This document shows, one piece after another, positions 25,701-39,727 of a stretch of 64,000 bases of DNA. Position 1 is the stretch's first letter, and every line of letters begins with the position of its first letter. The notes under the pieces were generated by a model. The model was not told the DNA's origin. It searched no databases and worked only from the letters and a program-made list of their open reading frames with translations. This DNA is from Blastocystis sp. Blastoise. Its lineage: Eukaryota > Protista > Bigyra: Opalinata. The translations under genes were made by a program, and so were the position numbers. The stretch spans positions 434,001-498,000 of the forward strand of contig JBBPEB010000020.1 of the NCBI GenBank assembly GCA_039096225.1. Direction: 5' to 3'.

Positions 25701-28700
25701 CATTTGATAACAAATTTTAAAGTATTTGGAGAAGTAAAATGTTTATGTTATTCTATAGAATATCAGAAGAGAGGAATGCCTCATGCACATATTTTAATTA
25801 CTTTAGAGAATGAATATAAATTAAGAACTCCTGAAGATATAGATTCATATATATGTGCAGAAATTCCTGATCCTATAAAGAATCCAAGATTATATGAAAT
25901 TATTACTTCAATGAATATGCATGGTCCTCATACAAGAACATCTCAATGTATGAAAGAAATAAATGGTCAACAATATTGTTCAAAGAAATTTCCAAAAGAT
26001 TATAGAAATGAAACTACAATAAATGAAGATGGATATCCAAATTATAGAAGAAGAGATAATGGTAGAGTATATGTAATAGGTAGACAATCAAATGTAAATA
26101 ATACTTTAGATAATAGATGGGTAGTTCCATATAATCCATATTTATCATTAAGAATAGGTTGCCATATTAATGTAGAAGTATGTTCTTCAGTAAGAAGTCC
26201 TAAATATATATTTAAATATGCTTTTAAAGGACATGATTCTATTAATGCAGAAATAGAAAGAGAAGATAATACTAATAATAATGCTAATAATAATAATTCA
26301 AATAATTCAAATATAAATGAAATAGAAATACCAAATGAAATGAAATCTTATTTAAAAGGAAGATATTTATCAGCTCCTGAAGCTATGTGGAGAATATATG
26401 GATTTCCAATAAAATATTGTAATGTGAGTGTAATTACTTTAGATATTCATGATGAGAATGATAGAACTGTATATTATGTGGAAGGAGATGAATAAAGAGC
26501 TTTAGAAAGAATAATGAATCAAGATACAATGTTAACAGCATATTTTAAAATGAATGATTTATATATAAATGAAGAATCAAGAGGAACAATGGATGAACCC
26601 TCTATTTTAACTTATATAGAATTTCCTAAATATTATACATATGATTCAAAATTAAAGAAATGGAATCATAGAAGAAGAAATAATAAAGTAATAGGAAGAC
26701 TTCCTTATATGGATCCTACAAATGATAATTTATTTTGTTTAAGAATACTTTTATTACATGTAAGTCGTCCATTAAGTTTTGATGATTTAAAATGTTATGA
26801 AGGTCAAATATATAATACATATAGAGAATCCTGTATAGCAAGAGGATTATTAGTAGATGATACAGAATATTATGATATTCTTGCAAATGAAGTAATAGAT
26901 GCTACTCCTTGGCAATTAAGACAATTATTTGGTTTACTTTGTTCTTATTATCCTATTACTGATCCATTATCTATTTGGAATACTTATAGGAATGATATGA
27001 TAGATGATTTCTTTCATCAATATATAAATGAATATATAAGTATAGATAGACAAGATATATATGTATTAGATTCAGAAGATAATGAAGTGAATAGAATAAT
27101 AGAAGAATATTGTATACCTAGAGCATTAAATCATATAAGAAGTGTCATAGATACAAATAAACATAATGGAGGATATCAAAGTACTAATTTACCACAATTT
27201 GATAATAATACTAATATGATAGATTATGAATCTGAAGGAATTAATTTTGAAGAAGATCATAGAATAGCAGAAAGAAATATAAGTTTATTGAATGAAGGAC
27301 AAAGAAGAGTATATGAATCAATAATGGAATCAGTGAATAATAATGAACCTCATAGAAATAATATGTTTTTTATAGATGGACCAGGAGGAACTGGAAAAAC
27401 ATTTCTTTATAATACAATAATTAAATCAATAAGAAATAATATAGATGATGTGATAGCAGTTGCATGGACAGGTATTGCAGCTACTTTATTATGTGGAGGA
27501 AAAACATCTCATTCACAATTTGGATTACCTTTTGAATTAAATGAATCTTCTTCTTCTTCTATTTCAAGAGGATCTCCAAGAGCAGAACAAATTAAGAAAT
27601 GTAAAATAATAATATGGGATGAAGCTCCTATGGCTTCTAAATATGCTTTAAAAGTAGTTGATCGATTATTAAGATTCTTATATAATGATGAGATAGATAT
27701 TCCATTTGCAGGTAAAACAATAGTATTAGGTGGAGATTTTAGACAATGTTTACCAGTAGTAGCTCATGGAAAAGAAGCTGATATAGTTCCTTTATGTATT
27801 AAATATTTAGATATTTGGAATGAATTTAATCAATTTCAATTGACAGAAAATATGAGAGCAAATGCAAATGAAATAGAATTTAAAGAATTCTTATTGAAGA
27901 TAGGAAATGGTGAGAGATGTAATAATGAATTAAGATTATTATCAAAAGATAAAGTACATATTCCAAGAGAATGTATTTGTGATGAGAATATAGGTGAAGA
28001 GATATTTCATGAATTTATTAATGATTCAAATACAGATATATATAGACAGAAATTAGTTTCAAATTGTATATTATGTGCAACAAATGAACAAGCATTTTTA
28101 ATTAATGAAAGAATTCAAAATATGATAAGATCAAGTTCTCATCATTATTATAGTCATGATGAATTAGCAGAAGAAGTAGAAGATATAGATGAAAGAGATG
28201 CTTATAGTACAGAATATTTAAATAGTTTAATTCCTCAAGGATGTCCACCTCATGATTTAGAATTGAAAAGAGGTTCAGTTATTATGTTATTAAGAAATTT
28301 AGATATAAAGAGAGGATTATGTAATGGAACGAGATTAGTAGTATTAGATACAAAACCAAATGTAATAAGAAGTCAATTATTAGTAAGAACTGATAATATG
28401 TTAGAAGGACAAGATATAGTATTGATTCCAAGAATTAAATTTATAGTAGATGATAGTGATTTACCATGTAAGTTAAGTAGAAAACAGTTTCCTGTCAGAT
28501 TAGCTTTTGCTATGACTATTAATAAATCACAAGGTCAAACATTTCAAAATGTAGGTATTTATTTAGAAAGACCTGTATTTAGTCATGGTCAATTATATGT
28601 TGCTTTAAGTAGAGTACGTTCTTTTCATGGTATAAAAATGTTTATAAAGAATGATAATATTAATCAAGGTCAATTAATCAGAAATAGTAATGAATGGTAT

Positions 28701-28733
28701 ACTAAAAATTGTGTATTTAATGGAGTATCATAA
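22731..28733 (+). pseudogene. Helitron A RepHel (HUH Rep + PIF1 helicase) with two in-frame stops
   Basis: Intron 23838-23910 joins the Asn-rich N-terminus. EYQKRGMPHAH, KYIFKY, GPGGTGKT, DEAPM, GDFRQ, FAMTINKSQGQT, HGQLYVALSR. TGA at 25602 and TAA at 26493 are in the same frame. Confidence 0.92.
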
Positions 28734-28934
28734 TTTATTTTTTTATTTTCGTATTTTTGTTATGTTTTTCAATTTTCTTATTTTGTCTTATTGTTTATGA
28801 ATATTCTTTTGTTATTTTTCTATTTTCAATGATTTATTTGTTTATTTATTATTTGTTAATAATTAATTCTTAAAATTTATATTGTTTAGTTTATAATTAT
28901 TTATCATTATCAAAAATAAATAAATAAATAACAA

Positions 28935-28984
28935 CTAGGGTAACGCCGCTGGCGCACCGCCTAACGGCGACGCGCCGCGGCTGC
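28935..28984 (-). terminator. Helitron 3' terminal hairpin + CTAG
   Basis: GCAGCCGCGGCGCGTCGCC-GTTA-GGCGGTGCGCCAGCGGCGTTACCCTAG; homologous to the ends at 3884-3933 and 17300-17349. Confidence 0.9.
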
Positions 28985-29213
28985 GTTGTTCAGTTGTGTT
29001 TTAGTATTATGTATTAAATAAGGGTTAACAAAACAACCTCGTTTATTATAAACATTTTTCGAACAAATAAAAAGAAAAAAAATAAAGAGTAAAAATTTAT
29101 TATGAACATTTTTAGAACAAATAGAAAGTGAAAAAGTAAAAAATTACATAGAAACAATAATTAACAAACATAAAACAATATATAACAAAAGAAGAGAAGA
29201 GAAAAGAAAACAT

Positions 29214-32200
29214 TTAATTGTTTAGAGTAGACCTGAAGACCACGTTCTTAGTAAATATTTCATTACTACTACTAATTATCTTACCTTGAGAGACACTATC
29301 AACTACCTTAATAAAAAGAGAATTGAAAGATCGAGCACGACTGAAAGCAACATAGAGTTGACCATGAGAGAAGACAGGACGATCTAAATAAACACCAACT
29401 CTTTCAAATGTTTGTCCTTGAGATTTGTTGATAGTCATTGCGAACGCTAAACGAATAGGAAATTGTCTTCTGGATATAATAATAGGAAGATCTTCAGGAT
29501 TTGAATTACAGATGATTCTTGGAATAATAACAGTACGTTCATCAATAGTAAGAGAAGGAGGAGGATTTAAAATAGTAGCAGTAATATTATTTGATCCTAA
29601 TCGAGTAACTATAAGTCTAGTACCATTACATAATCCTTTAGAAGGATTAAGATTTCTTAAAAGCATAATGATACAACCTATTTTCAAATTTAATATATGA
29701 GGAGGCATTCCAGAAGGTGTTTGAGAATTGATAAACTCGATAGGATAATTTGATTCTGGATCATCTGTTTCAGAATCAAGAATAGAATCAGAAGAGATAT
29801 AAGGAGTAGTAGTTCCAGAAAGAAGATTATCTACAATGAAATCATTTAAAGTACCAACACAATCATTAGTAGAAGCTAATATAACAGAAGAAGCTAATCG
29901 TTTGATATCAGAATCAAGAGAAGTATTGATTCTATGTCCAAATACAGTAACACATAAATCATCATTTACAATACATTGAGGAGGAATAGGAATATAATCT
30001 ATATCTAAATGATGACTAATAGTATAATTATTAGAAAGAACACCATCTCCTACTTGTAATAACCATTGTCTAAAATCATCTGCTCCTTCTAAAGCTCTCA
30101 TATTTCTCGATAAATGAATGACATTATTTTTGATAGAATTCCATAACGAATAAAACTTTATAGAAGAACTAACAATCTGAGCTTGAGTTCCTTTTCTTAT
30201 AACTGGTAAACATTGTCTGAAATCTCCTCCTAATACTACCGTTTTACCACCAAAAGGAATATCTAATTCTGTATTCATTATATCACATAATAATCTATGT
30301 ACTACCATAAAACAATCACCTTTCATCATAGGAGCTTCATCCCATATTATTAAATCAGCTATTCTTATTTCTTCTACTTTTCTTCTATCTCTAGCTAAAT
30401 CTATATTTGAAGTAGAATCAGGATCAACATTCAAAGGAATACCAAATTGTTTATGAGCTGTTTTACCACCTGGTAATAAAGTAGAAGCAATTCCTGTTGA
30501 AGCTACAGGTAATACATTCTTATTATGTCCACGTAAATAACTTAATAAACTATTATATAAGAAAGTCTTTCCACTTCCACCTGGACCATCTATAAAGAAA
30601 CATAACTTATCTTCTATTCTACTACTTTCTATTGAATGAATTACTCTATCAAATGCATTTCTTTGTTCTTCATTTAATAATTCTATTACTCTATTAGCTT
30701 CTTGTAATTCTAATGTAGGATTATAATTATAATCATTATAATGATGTTGTTCTTCTACTTGAGGTAATCCTAAATCATTATAATTCACTCCTATACTTAT
30801 CATCATCTCTTTTATATCTTGTAAAGTACGTATTTCATAATCTTGAAGAACACTATTATTATCATCTTCTATAACACTTGATGAATCTAAATCTTGAGCT
30901 AAAGGAGTATTTATATAATCTATTTCATTATTGTGCATTGAATGTTTATAATCCTCACTAAGAAATGATTTAAATCGAATCCAAAACTCTTTCACATTTG
31001 TTAATAATGATTCTGAAATATAAGTAATAAATAATTGTCTCAATTGACATGGAGTAGCAAAAACAATAGCTTCTGAAAATGAATCAAATACTTCTCTCTC
31101 ATTATTCAATAATCCTCTTGCTATAGCTGCTTCACTAAAGGTTCTATAAGGTTCATTACTATTCAATCCTTTTACTATCTTCAAAGAATCAAAGCTATCA
31201 GCTCCTTTCGTATTCAATAATAATAATCTCAAAGCATATCGTTCTTTATCTTTTGGATTCACATAATACATTCTTCCTAAAGCTTTTATATCTCTCTGAC
31301 GTCTATTCCAAGTATTTGTATTTGATTTCCATACATAATATTTTGGTATTTCATGATAAGCATAAATAGGATATTTCTCATCTAATATTTTCAATAATTC
31401 TTCTGATATATTATCATCATCTACTTCATAACTATTTATTCTATTTATCTCTTCTAAACGAACTTGAATCAATTCTCTTTCTTCTTCTACATTATTCATA
31501 TTACGAATACCATGCTTCTTCTCTATATAATAATAAGTATATATCTTTCTTTGATTCTGAACTTCTTTCTCTAAATCAAAGTATTTTGTTAATTTAGTAC
31601 CTTTCTCTAAACTATTTCTTAATGCTTCTTCTTCGTGTCCTTCTCGAAATAATATATATGGATCATCAGGTAAATGAATAGGTAATCTATTAATAGAAAC
31701 AGAATTATAAGTAATTTCAAAACAATTCAAACGATAAGAAGCTTCAGGAGGAGAAACATATCGACAATCTAAATAAGCTTGAGTTTCATCTACTATTCCA
31801 TTATCATTCACTCTTCGTAATTGAGCTATCACAGAATCATTTCCTTTTAATGCATACTTATATATATATTTAGTACTTTGAATATTACAACAGACTTCTA
31901 CATTAATATGAGCTTGATATTTCAATAATAAATAAGGATTATAAGGAACTACCCAACGATTATCAATAGTATAAGTATTATGACTACGAATAAGAGTAAT
32001 AGTTCTATCAGGAATATTTCTTCTTTGATATAAAGGATAAGAATTTAAATGACAATTAGTTTGCTCTATATATTCTTTTGGAAATCTCTTACTACATTTA
32101 CCTGTTGATCTATCAATACAAACACAATTCGTATCATAATCAGGACCACATGGACCATGAATCATATGTTTCTTAACTAATTCATAAAGAAGAGGAGTTG

Positions 32201-34948
32201 ATTCTTTATCAGGAATCTCTGCACTTATTATACTATCTACTTCATCTTCTGTTCTATATTTAGAATTCGTATCTAAAATAATTAATATATGAGAATGTGG
32301 TAAACCTCTCTTTTGGAATTCTACTGAATATAATAAAGCTTCTACCATACCAAATATATTCTTATCCTTTATATCAGAAAGCAATTGTTTCAACTTTAAA
32401 TGAAACACTCTTGAAACTAAATCTGGAAATTCATTAACAGTATAACCTTCTGGAATATTATTCTTTATTTCTAACCAATCTGGATTGCAAGTAAATGTAA
32501 TAAATAAATCAGGTTTACCATATTCTCGAACTACACTCATAGCATCCATATATTTCTGTTGTAAATTTCTTGGACTACCAACAAAAGAAGAAGGTAATAT
32601 AATAGCTTTACCTATTCTATCTATATTTCTATCATTCTCATTTATTTGATCTCCTCTCTCTTCTAACATATTATTTATATTTTGATAAGTAGATGCTCTT
32701 AATTTATTTTGATTATTTCGTATATAATTCAATCTATATTGTTCAACACGGATATAATTATCAGTAATATATTGTAAAGTTAATTTCTTATATTTTAATA
32801 AATAATTATCATAAGGTGGATCTTTCATTTGAAGCATATAATTATAATATTCTAACATCGTAATAGTTATTTGATTAGAACGATTCAATGATAATAAATC
32901 TGGATACCAACCTTGTCTTCCAGTTGGAAACATAACTGGATAAACCATACAATCTATATATGAATTTGTATTCTTCATTACTATATATTGACCTGAAGTA
33001 TAACGATTCTGTTCATTATTACTATTAGTAGCTACTATTTCCATACCACTTCTAGGAAAACAACAATAACTTCTTTCTGGCATTACTCCTCCTTCTCTAT
33101 ATTGATATATTACTGCTACTTCATCTACTTGAGGAGTATTATATCTTCTTATATCAGGTACTTCTCTTCTTTGTTTCTTAAATTCTATTAATAAATTAAT
33201 ATTACTTCTATTCATTTGACTATTCTCTTCTATTACTTCATCTACTCTTTCTCGAAGTGAATTATATATTTGAGCTAATGGATGATATTCTCTTATTGTA
33301 CTATCTAATATTTGTAAAATATTTGGTTTTAAATCACAAAAATATCGATTCATACTTCTCATATGAGTAGCTTCATCTCCATCTATCATATAATATTGAT
33401 TGAATACAGGATGTCTTGTAGGATCATTCACATCAAAATCTAAAGCACTCTTAAAAGTATGATATATATTACCTCCACATTTAAATAGTAAAGGTCCAGA
33501 AGAATTTCTTAAATCATCATCAGAAGTATTATTTCCAGCTAAAGAAGCTAAAGCAACAGAATTATTATATCGAATAATATTATTAATAAATTCTCTTGAA
33601 TCTGGATTATCTCTTTGTAATAAAGAACGAATAGTATTAGGAAGATCAGGAAGCTCAGGAAGAACTACTTTACCACTACCACAGCAAGTATAAAACTTAT
33701 CATTCATTCCTTTCTCTAATTCAAAATGTTTAGCATGACAATATTCACAATGAACATTAAAATCACCTAAATAATTAGCTTTATAAGTATTCAATGCTTC
33801 ATTTAATACGAAATCACCATGAGAATCTATATAAAATAATATAAAATAAATATTAAATATATATAAATACTTCTTTGAATAGAAGCAATACAATTATGTA
33901 ATCCAGGATATAATAATCTTTGTTGATTATCTATAGAAGTAATTTATTATTTAATTATTTATAAAGGATTATAAAATATAAATAGCATACAAATATCTAA
34001 AGCTCTTCTTCTTCCTCTATTAATAATAGGATGAATAATTATATCTTCTTCAACTATAAATTAAATTTAAAAAATATATTTAAATAATAATAAAAAACAT
34101 ACTATTATCTGTTATAGGTCTTCTAATAGTTCTTATAGCTTGTGTTTCATCATTATTTTGAGTATTACTATTGATAATAGGAAAAGGATCAATATAATCA
34201 GAATCAGAATCATTATCAGAAAAACTACTACTACTACTACTACTACTATCACTTGAACTACTACTACTACTACTATTAGGTATTGTTGTTATAATTTCTG
34301 ATTCATTATCATTATTTAAATTAATATGAGGAATATTTGTTATCAAACTTAAAGGAGGAAGAATAGGACTTAAATCAGGAATAGTTAAATAACTATTCAT
34401 GATAGAATTAATGGATCTATTATTTCTATGTATTATTGTTTCATTATTATTAGTATTAGTGTTATTTCTTGAATGATTCGTATTATCATTAATGATTGCA
34501 GAATTATTATTGTTAGATATATTTACATCAGTTGGAATAGTACTAACAACAGGTAAAGAGTGTGAAGAAGTATTAATGGAATCGTTATTATTATTAGAAA
34601 CTGAAATATTATTTTCTGTAGGTTGTATAATAGTAGTTGATATAGGAATAGATTGATTATTATTATTAATTTGACTTTGAACAATAGATATGTTATTAAT
34701 TGATTGATTAACTGGATTCATTTGATTGAATAGGTTTGAACCATTATTTAATATAGAATTATTATTATTTATTTGTGAATAACTATTATCTATATCAATA
34801 TCAATATTGTTATTTGAATTATTGTTTTGAATGTTTTGTAAAGAAATATTATTTTGTATATTAAAAGTCGAAAACAAAGCTAAAGGTTTAGTGTTAAAAC
34901 CAAATGATTTAGATAAATCATTATTATTTATTTTATCCTTATTGGAAC
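29214..34948 (-). CDS. Helitron B RepHel transposase/helicase, intact, with spliced low-complexity N-terminus
   Basis: 1559-aa ORF with CEYCHA..CC zinc motif, EFQKRGLPHSH, KYIYKY, GPGGSGKT and PIF1 motifs; upstream exons reach 34948. Confidence 0.95.
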
Positions 34949-35059
34949 CTATATATATTAATAGTTAGATATTAATTATATTATGTTTAAGTTTAGAATA
35001 AAGTTTAGTTGTGTAGTATATAAATTAACTTTCATTGTTATAGTTGTTGAAGTAATTAT

Positions 35060-35320
35060 TAATTAATATAAAGTATAACATTTATTAATATAATATAATA
35101 CATAGATATACTATGATATATTTATTAATATAAAGTATATAACTCTTATTAATATAATAATACATAAGTATAGTATGATATATATTAATTAATATAAAGT
35201 ATAACCTTTATTAATATAATATAAGTCATAAGTATAGTATGATATATTTATTAATATAAAGTATATAACTCTTATTAATATAATAATACATAGATATACT
35301 ATGATATATTAATTAATACA
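35060..35320 (+). repeat. AT-rich ~60-bp tandem repeat (about 4 units)
   Basis: Recurrent attaatataaagtata...tatgatata units. Confidence 0.7.
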
Positions 35321-35721
35321 AGCGTTTCACGACTGGCTACACCAGCCTACGCTTGAGTTTAGATAATTATTATCTCTCAATTGTTATATATTACATTGAA
35401 TTTTAAAAAATGAATATTTATTCTTATGTTTTTGTTATTCATTTCTGTTTTTATTTTTTTTTAGGATTAAAACTATTTCATATTTTATAAATTATTATTT
35501 CAATTGCTTTTAATTGTTATCTTCTAATCTTAATTTTCAATTTAGTATTTTAAATAATTTAATTCATACATATTGATAATTCTTACTTAACATTCTATAT
35601 GTTTTTGAGTATTATTTCCTTTTTTATTTAATATTCTTTTTAGCCATTTTTATTATTGATTATATATATTTATTGTTTATCAATGATAATTAATTAACTC
35701 TTGTGTTTTATTTTTGATCTT

Positions 35722-35790
35722 ATTTCTATTTCTATTTCTATTTCTATTTCTATTTCTATTTCTATTTCTATTTCTATTTCTATTTCTATT
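35722..35790 (+). repeat. (ATTTCT)n microsatellite
   Basis: About 11 consecutive units. Confidence 0.9.
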
Positions 35791-36464
35791 TAGTTTTCAA
35801 TATTAATTCACTTTTCTTTGTTATTTCATTTATAACTTTCTATGTATTTTATCAATTCATTTAGTTTTATAAATATTTAGTATTTTAAATAATATCAATA
35901 TGATTATAAAATACTTTTTCTTTTAAAACATATTATTATCACTTATACCCTACCTTTAAATATTTATGTTTTATTTGAATTAGTCTATATAATTATTATT
36001 GTGAGAAATAGCTTATTCTCTTGTCTAAAAAAAACATTATATATTCTTTTCATATATTGTTTTGTTTTATTTTTAAAATATTATAATTTTGATATCTATT
36101 TGTTTTTTTATATTTTATCCTTTCCTTTTATATATACTATTATATAAATATTTTAGAAATTTTATTATACAGCTTTTCTCAATTAATAAATGTTTAATTA
36201 TATAAATAGTAATCATATCTTGATATTATTTGATAAATATTATAATTTTTCTTTTATTATACTTATTTTAGTTTGAATTATTAACACAAAAGTACTCTTA
36301 ATAATTAAAAGATATTTATTACTTTATATAATAAACAAAAAAATTAGAGTTTAATTTTAATATTTATCATTAATAGAATTTATTCGTTATAAGTAAAAGA
36401 GAATATTTATAGAGAAATTATCTTTTCATTATTTAAAATTAATTATATCAAATTTAATTCAATT

Positions 36465-36645
36465 CAGTGTCTTCCCTGTCACTGGACGAAATTGCCACGT
36501 GGCAATTGTCACCAAAATTTGTGACAAAATATTTATTTTTGACAGTGTAATTTTATATTTTTATGACTAAGTCAATTTAAGTCTGGCTGAAAGTGACAGT
36601 CAGCTATTGTCATGGCAATTGTCACAAAAGTCAGGGAAGACATTG
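36465..36645. mobile_element. 181-bp hAT MITE
   Basis: TIR CAGTGTCTTCCCTG / CAGGGAAGACATTG; 8-bp TSD ATTCAATT. Confidence 0.9.
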
Positions 36646-37889
36646 ATTCAATTTTTATAGTGTTATCAAAATCATTCTAGAAATAAGAAATAAGAACTAA
36701 AATATAAAACAAAAATTACATTCCATTTCATAACTAAATAGATTTAAATACTTTGGAAACTTTACCTATTATACATAAAATATAGCTTATAAAACAAATA
36801 AGTTATTTTTAAAAAATTCTAAAAGATTTTAACATTTTGAAATACACACATTCACTTTTATTAAAACGAATTTTATATTAATATACATATATATTTAATT
36901 TAGTATTTTAATTTGTAAAAAATAACTTGAATCTCTTTTGTTTAAAGTCACAATTACAAAAAATGAGTTCTTTTGAAAGACAAAAAACATTCTTTAAACA
37001 ATAATAGTTTTGTATTTAGTGACAAAAAAACGTATTATACTGTTTTAGAAACAATTAAAATCATTTTACCCATTTTAACATTCACTAGCAGGCATTTTTA
37101 CGGTTTTTTCCGCCACCCAACATCGAATTCGCAATAGTGCTGCAATCGCAATTATTGCCATTTCTCAACTGGAAATAAAATTATTGCCGTTTCCGCAATT
37201 GCAATTATTGCCGTTCCTATAGTGGAAATGATAAAAATTGCAATTGCAGAAACGGCAATAAATTTATTTCCAGTTGAGAAATGGCAATAATTGCGATTGC
37301 ATAAATAGCAATTATTATCTATAGTTTTGAAATGGCGATAATTGCGATTGCAGAAATAAAAATACTTTCATTTTCAAATAATATTTTTTTTACTTTCATT
37401 TTTTGTTGCTTCTTTAATCTAATAATAAAAACAAACAATTTTTAGTTTCTTAATTACAGAAATAACAAACATATTTTATGCAATTTTTTAACAATTTTCA
37501 AGAGATTAAGTATCATGTAAACGCTTATAAACCAATTAATCACTTCATTACTCATCTAAAATATATATATATATATGTAATAAAATATTATCAAATAATA
37601 CCTTGATTTACCATAATTATGACATTTGAGAATACTTAAGCAGTTAACTATAAAAAAATACATAGACCATGGATATATAAAATAATTATTTATTATTATA
37701 AATATATATTAGATATTATATTATATTATCACTTATAGAAATTTTTATAAAATAAATAATTCTAGTGTAATCTAATACTATATATATAGATATTAATTAG
37801 AAATATAAAAATTAAATAGAAATATAAAAGTGATAAATATAATAAATATAATAAATATAATAAATACTTAAATAAAAATTATTAATATT

Positions 37890-38791
37890 TTATTCAATAT
37901 AATGTTCATAACAGAATTTTAGATCGTTTAATAGTTCATTTTTTTCTTTAGTAAGCAGTGAAACTTCATCTATTATTGAATCAGCCGAATATGACCTATT
38001 CTAAAAATATAATAATTATTTATTGATATTTAATAAAAATAATAAATATATACAAGCCATGTAGTTTCATCAATTGAATTGGAGCCATCTGAAGTTGATA
38101 CATTAATCGATCGTATTCTAAAGAATTTTAATATAGAATTTTTATACCTTTTATTTCTAATCGAAGCAGCTATAACATTCTGAACCTGGAATGGATCAAC
38201 TATCTTGTTTTGGTCCTGATTTTGAATTACGTTCCAAACAATCGAGCATATCTTCTTGAAGAGGATATTATCCATATCAATAGTATATCTTCCCTTTAAG
38301 AGCTTCCACATTTGAAAAGCATTTTTCCTTTCATCAACAGATAAAACAAATGGCACCAAATTCAAAGCAGCCTAAATATTTAGAATAAATTAAGGGGTAT
38401 ATAATTTTATTAGTATAATGAATATTATAGCATACGTATATTTGTTTTCTCGATAGAACGTGAGGCCCAGCATATCCAAAGTGTTTAATACACAATTTCC
38501 TCAGAAGAATCTCCAGATCACTGTCACAGGAATAGTGGCAATCAGTTACTATAAACATATCGATAGAGAGATAAATAATACAATACTACCATCAAAAAAA
38601 TCTACATAGCCGTTAAAGAACGATTTCACCTGCTTCAATGTTTTATGTCTAAGCCTTTTTATTTTCTTTTTAGTTTTCCTTTTGGTGTCTGAATGTTCAT
38701 CCAAAGAAACTGACAAGTTTTGCGACGACATTAGTATTGAATCATGCAAGTTTGATGAATTATTATCCGCAGATCCTGTGGTTTCACTCAT
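37890..38791 (-). CDS. CACTA-associated accessory protein (four exons, unknown family)
   Basis: Short GT-AG introns link ORF pieces 38549-38791, 38334-38558, 38030-38365 and a last exon ending at TAA 37890; homologous to 4966-5750. Confidence 0.7.
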
Positions 38792-39727
38792 CTAATTAAC
38801 TAATAAATTTTATAAGAGGCTAAAAATAAAATAAAAAATGAAGATTCAACCATTCTAATTATTTACACATCATCATCAAAAGTTAAATATTAATACAAAT
38901 ATAATCTTTATTATTTTAAATAAAATCATTGAATAATTAAATTTTCACGAATAAATACAGATTCATAGAATTTCATTAATTACTTTTTTTCACGTTAGAA
39001 TCCTGCATATAAATGCATTCGTTTATGTTCTTTCAGTCTAGAACATTCTATTTTAAACTCGAAAGGACTTAAGGCAACCATGACAAATTTGAAATAAGAA
39101 TTATCAAACATTTATCATCTTATCGTTCTTTAGTAATGAATAGCATCAAAAGTTTTCATCCACATAAAAGAGAATCAGTTATAAGTAAATTCTTTATAAT
39201 GACAACAAATTTTTAACTATTCTGTAATACAAATCATTATATTATATTTTAGAAACTATCCAACCTATAAATAATACAAATCTCAATACTTATGATGTTG
39301 ATACTTTTGACATATCAGCTGAATGTAAATATTTTCATATTCGACATCAGTTTTAATAAATATTATATATTACATAGACTTAATATGTGACTATATAATA
39401 CATTATTTGTTATAATAATAATTCTAATCATAGATTTTGTTTGTATTATTTGAAATAGATGGATACTTTATTATATATTATTTTCTCAATAATATTATAT
39501 GTATTAGCTTACAATATAAATATATAGTACATCAAACTGAAGACATCAATGACAAGATTATTAAGGAAATAAAAAGACTATCCGTATATTTGTATAATTT
39601 CTTAAATTCTTTTTTGTAATCAGCAACATTATTCTCTAGTCTCTATTTTTTATAAAGATACTACTTGATTTGCTATTAAACATATACTTTTTTACATATA
39701 TCAAATTTATAATTATTTGTGTATAGG

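Larger units (their letters stand above)
28935..34948 (-). mobile_element. Autonomous Helitron B (5' end not defined, lies upstream of 34948)
   Basis: Intact RepHel followed by a GC hairpin and CTAG|T at 28935. Confidence 0.9.

Noticed and set aside
25602-26495. Stop-codon reassignment (TGA=Trp, TAA=Glu/Gln) in Helitron A
   Set aside because: Only one instance of each. Trp is TGG elsewhere, Helitron B has no internal stops, and TAA terminates neighbouring genes.
35319-35362. Hairpin as a Helitron terminus
   Set aside because: No CTRR at the expected distance on either strand; kept only as a candidate.
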